Source of the DNA: a bacterium
Lineage (GTDB): Bacteria; Electryoneota; JAOADG01
Assembly: GCA_963681965.1 (NCBI GenBank)
Contig: OY820579.1
Span: 3,712,001 to 3,776,000, forward strand
DNA length: 64,000 nt
Direction: 5' to 3'
The translations under genes and the position numbers were made by a program. The notes beneath the pieces were generated by a model, which had not been told where the DNA came from, ran no database searches, and saw only the letters and a program-made list of their open reading frames with translations. Shown here piece after piece: positions 1-9,222 of the stretch (its first letter is position 1; each line of letters starts with the position of its first letter).

Positions 1-825
1 AGTATTCCGAACACAGTTCGAGTGCTGTTTGTCGAAGATTATCCCACCAATCAGCAAGTCATTTCGCACTTCTTGCGCGATGCCGGATACCAAGTTGATT
101 TAGCCGATAACGGTGCGATCGGTGTCGATATGTTCCGGTCGAAACGCTACAATATCGTGTTGATGGATATCGAGATGCCGGTGATGGATGGCTATGAAGC
201 CACGCGTACAATTCGTTTGCACGAAAAGACCGAAGCAGCTCGCACCAATCAACAACTAGAGCGGATCCCGATTATCGCTATGACGGGACACGCCGTCGTC
301 GATTTTCTCGAGAATTGTATCATCTCGGGAATGGACGACTATCTGGTAAAACCATTGCGCAAGAAAATCCTTTTGGAAACCGTTCACAAGTGGATTTCGA
401 AACAGGTTACAAACAAATCCGACAATATCGAAACACCCTCCGAAGCCGACGATACACGTGTGATTGATTATCGTGGCGTGCTGGAGGAATTCGGCAACGA
501 CGAAATATTCTTATATCAAGTCATTGATGGATTTATGAGTGCCTTAGATGGTCAAATCGCAGCAATGCAATCTGCTCTTGTGGCAAGCGACACTGTCAGG
601 ATTCGCGACGAAGCGCATAAAGTACGCGGCGCGGCAGCGAATTTATTGGCAAAACCACTCTGCGATATTGCAACCCGGCTGGAAGCCGCGACGAAACAGG
701 GTGTTTTGGAGGGTGTCGCTGAAATGATTCACCAATTGATCGTTGCGAAAGACGAATTTCACGTATATGTTAGTCAACTACAAAGTTCATCGAACAACAC
801 CACCGATGCGAGGAATACACCGTGA
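1..825 (+). CDS. C-terminal part (REC + Hpt domains) of a hybrid sensor kinase/response regulator, 5'-truncated by the window edge
   Basis: Frame open from base 1; receiver motifs FVED, LMDIEMPVMDG, AMTG, KP; Hpt motif AHKVRGAA. Confidence 0.9.
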   Translation, partial: SIPNTVRVLFVEDYPTNQQVISHFLRDAGYQVDLADNGAIGVDMFRSKRYNIVLMDIEMPVMDGYEATRTIRLHEKTEAARTNQQLERIPIIAMTGHAVVDFLENCIISGMDDYLVKPLRKKILLETVHKWISKQVTNKSDNIETPSEADDTRVIDYRGVLEEFGNDEIFLYQVIDGFMSALDGQIAAMQSALVASDTVRIRDEAHKVRGAAANLLAKPLCDIATRLEAATKQGVLEGVAEMIHQLIVAKDEFHVYVSQLQSSSNNTTDARNTP

Positions 826-1253
826 AAATACTGGTTGTCGAAGACGAATTTGTCAGTCGTTCCAAACTGAAAAGTATCCTCTCCAATTTCGGAGAGTGTG
901 TTTTGGCAACCAACGGTAAAGAAGCAATTACCGCATTCGAAGTGGCGTGGGCGAAGTGGCAACCGTTCGACCTGATAACTCTCGATCAGTATATGCCGGA
1001 AATGGATGGCATCGAGACATTGCTTCAGATTCGTCATCGCGAGCGCACCAAGGGTATCTCGCCGGAGCGTCAGGTAAAAGTCTTTATGATCACGGTCGAC
1101 AGCAACAAGGACACGCTCTCTGCCAGTATTACCGCCGGTTGTAGCGATTTCATCATCAAGCCGTTCAATCATCAGAAGATTGAGCAAAAACTTACTAGTG
1201 TCATCATGCAGAATATCAGTTTCTGGGAAGAGATTTTAGGACGCATTAAATAA
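822..1253 (+). CDS. Single-domain CheY-like response regulator
   Basis: KILVVEDE, LDQYMPEMDG, MIT, IIKPF; GTG start overlaps the upstream stop. Confidence 0.9.
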   Translation: MKILVVEDEFVSRSKLKSILSNFGECVLATNGKEAITAFEVAWAKWQPFDLITLDQYMPEMDGIETLLQIRHRERTKGISPERQVKVFMITVDSNKDTLSASITAGCSDFIIKPFNHQKIEQKLTSVIMQNISFWEEILGRIK

Positions 1254-1318
1254 TTATTTTTTGGACCTGAATTTTAACGATACTCTTCGATTTAGTCCTC
1301 TTGAAATAAGTTGTCATC

Positions 1319-1750
1319 GATAGTGGCGGACTTTAGTCCGCTTTTTTGTTTCTTTTCATGATAGTGGCGGACTTTAGTCCGCATTCTATTTCTTTTCATG
1401 GTAGGGGCGGACTTTAGTCCGCTTTTTGTTTCTTCACGGTAGCGGCAGACTTTAGTCTGCATTCTATTTCTTTTCATGGTGGGCGGACTTTAGTCCGCTT
1501 TTTGTTTCTGTTTTTGGTAGGGGCGGTTCGCGAACCGCCCGTGTCCGATCAAGATGCACAAACCGAAAATGCGGAGATTGCTTCGTCATTCCACTTCGGA
1601 AGTGCTTCGCACGTTCCTACGTTTCAATCCTCGCAACGACAGATCAGGATACAGGATAAAATGATCGGGCGCCCGCGGGGAGGCGCCCCTACTAGTAAAA
1701 CCGCTGAATCGGATTTCGGTAGTACTGCCGATCTCCGAATCGGCGAGCCT
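1319..1750. repeat. REP-like cluster: five tandem copies of the GCGGACTTTAGTCCGC hairpin (38-41 bp period), then four other hairpin families
   Basis: Direct reading; includes GTAGGGGCGGTTCGCGAACCGCCC at 1517 and GTAGTACTGCCGATCTCCGAATCGGCG at 1719. Confidence 0.9.
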
Positions 1751-1914
1751 CTTGTGTCACAATCAAATATTAAGAACGCAGACTCGGAGTTCGGTAGTAC
1801 GATGCTCCCCCGTTTACCGGACTTGCCCGATAAAAAATTAATCGTCATCGATTTTGGGTGGCAACTGACCGTGAAATCTTCCTATTTTACGCTATCCATT
1901 GATAGGATCCGATC

Positions 1915-2529
1915 ATGATCACAGTCGATTTGCGAACGCTGCTCAAACAATATTACTTGGCATCGGCGAAAGCGCCGCAATTATTGGATCTCCCCACCTT
2001 CACCACGATTGCGGTCGACGGCACGGGCGATCCCAACACCTCGCAACGGTTTCAGGATGCGGTGCAAGCGCTATACACCATCGCGTATACTGCCAAATTC
2101 AGTTTGAAGAAACAGCAGCGCTACGACTATACGGTGATGCCGCTCGAAGCGTTGTGGTGGATGGACGACATGACGCAATTTTCCGAGGATCGCAAAGACG
2201 AGTGGCTTTGGACGGCGTTTCTGGTGCAGCCCGATTTCTTCGATGCCGCAATATTCGCTGAAATCTGCGACGAGATTCTACGCAAGAAACCGGAGTTGTC
2301 CGAAATCATCCCGGAGGTGCGTCTAGAGCCGTTTTCCGAGGGGCGGGTCGCGCAGATGCTGCATATCGGACCATACTCCGCCGAGAAACCGACGATCCTG
2401 AAACTACATGCCTTTATTGCCGAGCAGGGACTGCAGCGGCGCGGGAAACATCACGAAATTTATCTCGGCGATCCGCGACGTGCCGCACCCGAGAAGCTCA
2501 AGACGATTATTCGGCAAGGGGTGGAGTAA
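1915..2529 (+). CDS. GyrI-like small-molecule-binding domain protein
   Basis: DGTGDPN, VMPLEALWW, LHIGPYSAE, HHEIYLGDPRR...KLKTIIRQ are typical of this family. Confidence 0.85.
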   Translation: MITVDLRTLLKQYYLASAKAPQLLDLPTFTTIAVDGTGDPNTSQRFQDAVQALYTIAYTAKFSLKKQQRYDYTVMPLEALWWMDDMTQFSEDRKDEWLWTAFLVQPDFFDAAIFAEICDEILRKKPELSEIIPEVRLEPFSEGRVAQMLHIGPYSAEKPTILKLHAFIAEQGLQRRGKHHEIYLGDPRRAAPEKLKTIIRQGVE

Positions 2530-2755
2530 ATAAATTGTCCGAAAACCGACCGAAACTTCAACCGAACACATTATTATTGAAAAACAAATAAATATTTTAC
2601 AAGTACTAAATGTAAATTTAAACCGACTGATAATCTAAAAAAGAGAATCAAGTATTTCTCTGTAACTCTGTTGCATTAATTCATGATGTGAATTAGTACT
2701 TTAGAGTACAGATCTTAATACAAATTAATTGATAGATCGTTTAATAAAAAATTAT

Positions 2756-3385
2756 TTATAAATTGAATCGATATCCAATTAGAATATGAACAAGACTGGT
2801 GTGTTGTTTATATTTATCAGTCGACCCGTCTAAATTCTCCATTGTAAATTCTGGCTCACCATACATATAAGCTAATCCAATATTCCAATGATTTTTAATG
2901 ATTATATTACCACCCAAACCATACGCCAACGAAGACCCATTAGCTGAGGTAAGTATTAATTTTTGAGTAGTTGTTTCTGCAGTTATCTCAGGAGTGGCAC
3001 TTCGCATCAAACCTAAAAATATATTTCCGTTCCCCTCAACAGCATCAGATAGTTTATGTGAAATGCCTCCTTTCATCATCAACCAAAAAGTTGACCATGA
3101 AGTAGAAGATACTTTTGCGGAAGGAATTTCTTTCTTCAGATCGGAATCATCATACGGGTTTGCATCTAGCAACATCGTTACACCCCAATGATAATTATTT
3201 TTTACTTGTTTAGTATAATCGAGTCCAAAACCGAATCCAGTTTGAGCATATCCAGCCTCATCTCCCGAAGTTGAAGAAAAATCACCAACGGGAGAAGGAA
3301 AGTCGAGATTGATTGTCAAAGTTGAATTCTCTGCTAACGCGAACGTAGCAAATAAACACAACAAAGCAGCAATAACATATCGCAT
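2756..3385 (-). CDS. Outer-membrane beta-barrel protein, AT-rich gene
   Basis: AGGAG RBS, signal peptide MRYVIAALLCLFATFALA, alternating beta-strands, C-terminal IGYRFNL. Confidence 0.7.
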   Translation of the reverse strand: MRYVIAALLCLFATFALAENSTLTINLDFPSPVGDFSSTSGDEAGYAQTGFGFGLDYTKQVKNNYHWGVTMLLDANPYDDSDLKKEIPSAKVSSTSWSTFWLMMKGGISHKLSDAVEGNGNIFLGLMRSATPEITAETTTQKLILTSANGSSLAYGLGGNIIIKNHWNIGLAYMYGEPEFTMENLDGSTDKYKQHTSLVHILIGYRFNL

Positions 3386-3549
3386 AGTTACTCCTTTTTT
3401 AAGTTTGATCAATGAAGCACTTAGTTCAATATTAATATCTATTAAATCGAAAAGCAATACTATCACAAAAATATTCTACTTTTATCATTATTATTATTTC
3501 TTTCCTATTCACCTCCTTATATTTCCGTATGTACCACATTGGGAATCCG

Positions 3550-5652
3550 ATGCGCCGACCACTTCCGCTGAAATCTTTGCTGCTGACAATCTGGCTGCCA
3601 CTCGCTGTGGCGCTGGGTTTGCGGTTGCTCTACCTCGCGGAATACACGCACTCCCCGCTGTTCCTCTCGCCCTCGACCGACGGTCTCTACCATCAGGAGT
3701 GGGCACATCGTATCGCACAGGGTCAACTCTTTCCCGAGGTCAATCAACCGTTCTTTCGCGCTCCACTCTACCCGCTACTGCTCGGACTGTTCTATGCCAT
3801 CGGGTGTACTAATGTCGCAGCCGCAATCCTGCAATCGATTCTCTCACTGGGGACGATCCTGCTGATTGCTCGGCTCGCCGACCGGTTCGGCGGCTCGTTG
3901 GCAGCGAAAGTGGCGGCATGGATCGCGGCATTGTATGGACCGCTGCTCTCGTATCCACTCGAATTCCAATTGCCGGTACTGATGGTGCCACTGTTCCTAC
4001 TAATCGTGGAATGGCTGCTCGCCGCACAAGCACGTGAATCGCGCTGGGCGCTGCCCGCGGCATCGTTGGCGGTCGGACTACTAGCCATTACTCAGGCGAA
4101 TGGCTTGATCCTGATCCTGCCAGTGCTCTGGCTTGCCATCCAAAATTGGCGCAAACGGTATGCACGCAACATGGCAATCATTGGGATGATCCTCTGGACA
4201 ATTCCGGTAGGAAGTGTAACGCTCGCGAATTGGATTCACGCACAACAATTTGTGCCGATTGCATCTCAAGGCGGGATCAATTTCTATCTTGGGAATAATC
4301 CCTCCGCCGATGGGGCGTATGCCGTGCATCCCAAGCTGGGCGCCGATTGGACGTGGGAAGACGCTAAGAAATCGGGACAGTGGAAAAATGGCTATATGGT
4401 CGATGGCATCATATACGACGATTTTTCCACGCCTGAACAAAAATCGGAACGGAATGCCGCTACGATGGACCGGATCGTCGATCGCGGTTATTGGAAGCTG
4501 GGCTTCCGTTATTGGCATGACCGGACACATGATGCACTCCTCCTGACATTGCGTAAATGCGGCTATCTGTTTCATCACTTCGAGATCGGGAATAACCGCG
4601 ACCTGCAACGGTTCTGGGCGGATCGTCCAGTCACGCGCTGGCTAGGTTCCAGTTTCGCATTCGGGATCGTTGCGACGATCGGTCTCGTCGGTTTCTGGTT
4701 GTTACTCAAAGATCCACCGGTGCGCATCGCTGCAATTTGTTCGGGACTATTGTTACTCTCGTACGTACCATTCTTCATCACGGCGCGCTACCGCCTCCCC
4801 GTCAGCGGTATCCTGATTGCTCTCGCAGCGACATTTCTGGTGCAACGCTGGCACGGACAGTTCAGCAATCGTCAAATTCTATTTCCGGCGATAGTCGCAA
4901 TCATTTTTGTCTGGCATCCATTCGGCGCACCCGCCATCGATCCGACCTATTACAACTATACCAAAGGGAATGCGCTCCTGCGCCTCGAACGCTACGACGA
5001 GGCGATCCAAGTGTATCAAGAAGCACTGACGAAAAAATCCGATAATCCGATGATTGCCGGAAATCTCGGCGTCGCTTATCAAAAGCTGGGTCAATGGGAT
5101 GAAGCGGAAGCGGCAACCCGCGCGGCGCTCACGCTGTCGACCACGCCGATGCTACGCGAACAGCCGTTATATCAATGGAATGTCAATTCCCGCAAGTTGT
5201 TCGATAATTTGCAATTTATTCAGCTACACAACCATCAAATCGATTCGGTATATCGAAATTACCTCAACCCAAAATTATGTATGGGTCGTAATCCCGACTA
5301 TATTTTTTATCTTGCCCTCGATTCGATCATGGTGCATGAAGATTCGCTGCTATTGTTTAAAATCTGCGCGTTGATTCCCGGAACGAATTCTGTGTACAGC
5401 GTTACGTTCCGAAATCCCGAACCTCGGTATCGTCAATTTGACACAGTTCCGAAAGCCGTTCTGTGCGATATCCTGTTACAGTTATTGCGTCGAAATTATC
5501 CCGAGGCGCAACGCATCGCGAACAGTTTCGATTCAAAGACTTTGTCTGGGGAAGGGAACGATCCTGCGCGATTTTGGCAGACTTTCGACCGCGCCTGTGG
5601 AATTCTGGAAAAGCTGGGGTATCCGGTCGAGAAGAAAGAATCACGCCGATAA
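3550..5652 (+). CDS. GT-C membrane glycosyltransferase (ArnT/PMT, GT39-like) with C-terminal TPR repeats
   Basis: DGLYH, FRAPLYP, many TM helices, GGINFYLGNN, ARYRLP; TPR segment YTKGNALLRLERYDEAIQVYQEAL. Confidence 0.8.
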   Translation: MRRPLPLKSLLLTIWLPLAVALGLRLLYLAEYTHSPLFLSPSTDGLYHQEWAHRIAQGQLFPEVNQPFFRAPLYPLLLGLFYAIGCTNVAAAILQSILSLGTILLIARLADRFGGSLAAKVAAWIAALYGPLLSYPLEFQLPVLMVPLFLLIVEWLLAAQARESRWALPAASLAVGLLAITQANGLILILPVLWLAIQNWRKRYARNMAIIGMILWTIPVGSVTLANWIHAQQFVPIASQGGINFYLGNNPSADGAYAVHPKLGADWTWEDAKKSGQWKNGYMVDGIIYDDFSTPEQKSERNAATMDRIVDRGYWKLGFRYWHDRTHDALLLTLRKCGYLFHHFEIGNNRDLQRFWADRPVTRWLGSSFAFGIVATIGLVGFWLLLKDPPVRIAAICSGLLLLSYVPFFITARYRLPVSGILIALAATFLVQRWHGQFSNRQILFPAIVAIIFVWHPFGAPAIDPTYYNYTKGNALLRLERYDEAIQVYQEALTKKSDNPMIAGNLGVAYQKLGQWDEAEAATRAALTLSTTPMLREQPLYQWNVNSRKLFDNLQFIQLHNHQIDSVYRNYLNPKLCMGRNPDYIFYLALDSIMVHEDSLLLFKICALIPGTNSVYSVTFRNPEPRYRQFDTVPKAVLCDILLQLLRRNYPEAQRIANSFDSKTLSGEGNDPARFWQTFDRACGILEKLGYPVEKKESRR

Positions 5653-5693
5653 CGAAAAATATCGCAGTGCCGAATTCCGATTTGATTGTTTTC

Positions 5694-5913
5694 GTAGCCG
5701 TAGGCTTTAGCCAGCGTATTTTTTTTTCCGTATGTAGTTTTTCGATTCCTCCTTGTGAGACATAACTGTCAAATTAGGAGGATCCACCATTCTGCCACAA
5801 GGTTTTCGCATAGACTAATTAGGATAAAAAAATGCCCAATCGGAGCTGGGCAGTGCTGCAAGATACAAGATAAAAAAATACAAGAATGGGAGGACCCGCG
5901 AGCCCTCCCCTAC
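5694..5913. repeat. Small REP-like cluster between convergent genes
   Basis: GTAGCCGTAGGCTTTAGCCAGCG (+), GCCCAATCGGAGCTGGGC and GGGAGGACCCGCGAGCCCTCCCCTAC (-). Confidence 0.75.
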
Positions 5914-5963
5914 TACAGATACAAGATGAAACGCGTGGTAATTCGCGAATTTGCAAACAATTT

Positions 5964-7091
5964 TTACTTCATCAGGACCATCTGCTTGGTCGTCGTAAAA
6001 TCTTGCGTTGTGAGTGTGTAATAGTACGTTCCCGATGGGAGACCGGTCGCATTGAAGTGGATACAATAAGTATTCGGCGACTGCAGCTCATTCACCAGCG
6101 TTCGCACTTCCCTGCCCATCTGATCGAATATCGTCAACCGCACATTCCCCGCCTTCTTAATGCCATACGTGATATCCGTGGTCGGATTGAAGGGATTCGG
6201 GAAATTCTGATTCAGCGAATATCGCACTGGAACAGCACCCGTTGCATGCTTTTGCGGCGTAGCAGTTGCGACAGTTGATTTTACGGTCTCTTCGCCACCG
6301 GTCGAGACATCTGCCAATCGGTAATAATAGACCGTCCCGTTGGTCACCCGGTTATCGGTGTATGTGTATGCTCGACCCGTCGAACTGGTACCCATACCAT
6401 CGATGCGGGCAATCAATTCTCCCTGTTGGTCGCGTGCAGTGGAGCGGTAAATATTGTAGTAGGCGTTATCGAGTTCCGATTCGGTTTTCCAATTCAACTT
6501 CACCATCTGATCGAGACCACTGGCAGTGAATGAAGTTAATTCGACGGGAAGACTTCCCCCGCCATTAATTTCAATTTCGATTGAATTGAATGTGCAGATG
6601 CCGGCACCGCGATATACCGGTTGAACCGACCAGTTACCGCGCGACATGGTTCCATTCAAACGGGTAAGCGTCCAGCCAAACCCTTCGCAATGAGTATTGT
6701 AAACACCGGTATAGGGACCCGATTGACTCGGATCGTAAATCGTGATCGGAGCAGTTTCATCGAAGATCGTGTTGATGAAATTGGATCCGTACAGCGGTGC
6801 TAACATCGAAAATGCCGGTACGGTGTTGTAAGGATCGCCCGTAGGAGTAGAAATCATAAAACCGAATTCGGCACCGTTATCGGGGCAAGTCACATTGATG
6901 CGAACTCGCACATTGGTTATCATGACATCGGGATTCACAAAAAACGAAAATATCGGAGCACTGTTATCCACCGTGACTACGGGTCCGTAATAACCAGCGG
7001 TCGGATTGAATGGTTGTGAATTTGCAGTCAGTGCGAAACAGCAGATAATAATAAACAGACTAGCGATACCGAATAGATTACGAGTTTTCAT
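5964..7091 (-). CDS. Secreted protein: proprotein-convertase P-domain-like + FN3-like + Por/T9SS-type C-terminal sorting domain (CTD)
   Basis: Signal peptide; ITNVRVRINVT, LNGTMSRGNW; LPVELTSFTA/LNWKTESE; QNFPNPFNP...GTYYY...KQMVLMK. Confidence 0.8.
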   Translation of the reverse strand: MKTRNLFGIASLFIIICCFALTANSQPFNPTAGYYGPVVTVDNSAPIFSFFVNPDVMITNVRVRINVTCPDNGAEFGFMISTPTGDPYNTVPAFSMLAPLYGSNFINTIFDETAPITIYDPSQSGPYTGVYNTHCEGFGWTLTRLNGTMSRGNWSVQPVYRGAGICTFNSIEIEINGGGSLPVELTSFTASGLDQMVKLNWKTESELDNAYYNIYRSTARDQQGELIARIDGMGTSSTGRAYTYTDNRVTNGTVYYYRLADVSTGGEETVKSTVATATPQKHATGAVPVRYSLNQNFPNPFNPTTDITYGIKKAGNVRLTIFDQMGREVRTLVNELQSPNTYCIHFNATGLPSGTYYYTLTTQDFTTTKQMVLMK

Positions 7092-7160
7092 GACGGCTCC
7101 TTGGGTTGAGTGAAGTTAGATGTAAGCCAGGCAGCAGATCGGCGAAGAAATCCCGATATA

Positions 7161-7189
7161 ATGTTAAATTACCAAGAGTAATATTGCAA
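7161..7189 (-). promoter_or_regulatory. Putative sigma70 promoter for 5964-7091
   Basis: TTGCAA-17 nt-TAACAT on the minus strand. Confidence 0.4.
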
Positions 7190-7256
7190 GCAACAATACC
7201 CATATATTGATAATTCTATGATTGAGATGTTAATCAAGAACCATTTATACCAGTAC

Positions 7257-7288
7257 AAAAATGCCGGCAGATTTGACATCTACCGGCT
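7257..7288 (-). terminator. Probable intrinsic terminator after the lectin gene
   Basis: GCCGG(T/C)AGAT hairpin followed by a T run on the minus strand. Confidence 0.55.
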
Positions 7289-7317
7289 TACAGCGATCGA
7301 TTGATTTGTAGAGTGTA

Positions 7318-8991
7318 TTACTTCACCAGCATCATCTGGCGAGTACAAGAAAATCCTGGTGTCTTTAGCGAATAATAATACGTTCCCGAAGGGAGACCAG
7401 TCGCATTGAAATGAACCCGGTAGTGATTTGCCGCCTGATGCTTATGCACCAACAACGCGACTCGTTGCCCGATTTCGTTGTACACCGACAACTCGACCAT
7501 CCCGCTATTCCGCAAGCTGTAACTGATCATCGTCGTTGGATTGAACGGATTGGGATATACTGACGACAGCCGGTAATCCAGTGGATGATCGAGATTCTCT
7601 GTTACCGCGTTCGTCAATGGCGTTGCGCTGGTCATCTGCGGAAATAAAAATTCTTCACCATCGAGCGAAATTGAGGAGAGACGATAATAATATGTCTGCC
7701 CGGCAACAATATTATAGCTGTCCGTGTGCGAATAATTCAACGGTGTGGTAGAATTTCCGTTTGTTGCCAGTGAACTTACCACCGACACAATATAATCTGC
7801 ACCGGTCTCGGTCAACGACCGATAAATCCGAAATTGGTGATTGTTATATTCCGATTCGGTACGCCAATTGAGTCGAATTTGATCGATTCCTCCGGTAGCC
7901 TGAAAGCTTGACAATACGACCGTTGGCGGAATTGTGGCAGTCGCGCTCAGCGGATAATGGTACTCGTCGCCTTGCAGTGTGATTGCCGAAATTCGATAGT
8001 AGTAGGTCACAGCTCGCTGACAATTGGTGTCGAAGTACGTGTATTCCTGTGGCGTCGCCGAATTTCCCGAGGGACCGGCATGACTAGCGATCGATGTGAC
8101 CATCGAAAAACCTGAATCAGTCGACGTCGATCGATACAGCGTATACGATGCATTGTTCGTTTCCGTCTCGGAACGCCAGTTGAGCTCGATCTGGTTGCCG
8201 GCAGTGATAGCTTGAAATTCCACAATCTGAGCGGGGATATACCAAGCAACGGCACTCACCGTATCGGATAGAATTTGTTCACTGCTATCGAACGCGATAT
8301 GTGATAATCGGTAATAGTAGGTTGTGCCGGGTTGAACCAGTGAATCGATATAGTTGTAAATGGAGGGTAGTGCTGAATTACCGGCACCCGTAATCCGCGC
8401 TACTACTGTACCGGTGTCGGATAGATTCAAGTAGCGATTGAGTTTGAAGTAGGCATTGTTTTGTTCCGATTCGGTTCTCCAATTGAGGAGAATGCGGTTA
8501 AAATCGCCGGTTGCAGTGAATGTCGTCAACTCGATGGGAAGGATTCCGGGCATTTCCAACAAGATTCGCGCACCGTAAGAGGGACCTGCATCAGCCCAAC
8601 TGCCGTTTGCACCCCAATCGAATAATGCAAAATCTTCATTATTATAAAAGTTATTCGGTTCACCCGGATACCAATTGGTATAGGTGACCGAATCGCCATT
8701 AACCCACGTCCAAACAGCTTCCGAGTCGACATCGGTGAATCCGAGCCAGAGACTACCCATACCCTGCGTGTTGGCTGCCAAGAACGCATTCTCTTCCGCC
8801 GATCCAATACAGGCAAGGGTACCACCATGAACGATACAGGTGTCACGCGCGGAATACCAGTCCATACCGGTAGCGCTAGCGTAATAAAATTTTCCACCGA
8901 ATGCACCCAATGTCGTGAAGCCGGGAATTGCAGGTTGAGCGAGAGCAATTGTCACAAAGAGAAAGGAAAGAAAGAAGAAAACAGACTTCAT
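7318..8991 (-). CDS. Secreted protein: C-type lectin domain + three FN3-like repeats + CTD
   Basis: WYSARDTC...GGTLA, LWLGFTD, YTNWYPGEPNN; three LNWRxExE repeats; YPNPFNP...RQMMLVK. Confidence 0.85.
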   Translation of the reverse strand: MKSVFFFLSFLFVTIALAQPAIPGFTTLGAFGGKFYYASATGMDWYSARDTCIVHGGTLACIGSAEENAFLAANTQGMGSLWLGFTDVDSEAVWTWVNGDSVTYTNWYPGEPNNFYNNEDFALFDWGANGSWADAGPSYGARILLEMPGILPIELTTFTATGDFNRILLNWRTESEQNNAYFKLNRYLNLSDTGTVVARITGAGNSALPSIYNYIDSLVQPGTTYYYRLSHIAFDSSEQILSDTVSAVAWYIPAQIVEFQAITAGNQIELNWRSETETNNASYTLYRSTSTDSGFSMVTSIASHAGPSGNSATPQEYTYFDTNCQRAVTYYYRISAITLQGDEYHYPLSATATIPPTVVLSSFQATGGIDQIRLNWRTESEYNNHQFRIYRSLTETGADYIVSVVSSLATNGNSTTPLNYSHTDSYNIVAGQTYYYRLSSISLDGEEFLFPQMTSATPLTNAVTENLDHPLDYRLSSVYPNPFNPTTMISYSLRNSGMVELSVYNEIGQRVALLVHKHQAANHYRVHFNATGLPSGTYYYSLKTPGFSCTRQMMLVK

Positions 8992-9015
8992 ATTTCCCCC
9001 AAAATCGATTTTTAC

Positions 9016-9043
9016 AACATACGAACCACGGTGATTATGTCAA
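9016..9043 (-). promoter_or_regulatory. Putative sigma70 promoter for 7318-8991
   Basis: TTGACA-16 nt-TATGTT on the minus strand. Confidence 0.45.
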
Positions 9044-9222
9044 AGAATATTTCACCAAATCTCAAGAAATCAACTTAACTTAGCTAAGTTCCTATTCGGT
9101 GTGTTTTTTAAGGAGATCGGAATTTATTCCGACTTCTGTTGTGTCTCAAATCAGAACGGGCGATCCTCGGACCGCCCCTGCCAATAATCACACTTGAAGT
9201 GGGAAACCGTGGTTGGCGTCCT

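Noticed and set aside
1319-1515. CRISPR array
   Set aside because: The linkers are short, T-rich and repeat each other, the repeat is a dispersed REP family, and no cas genes are present.
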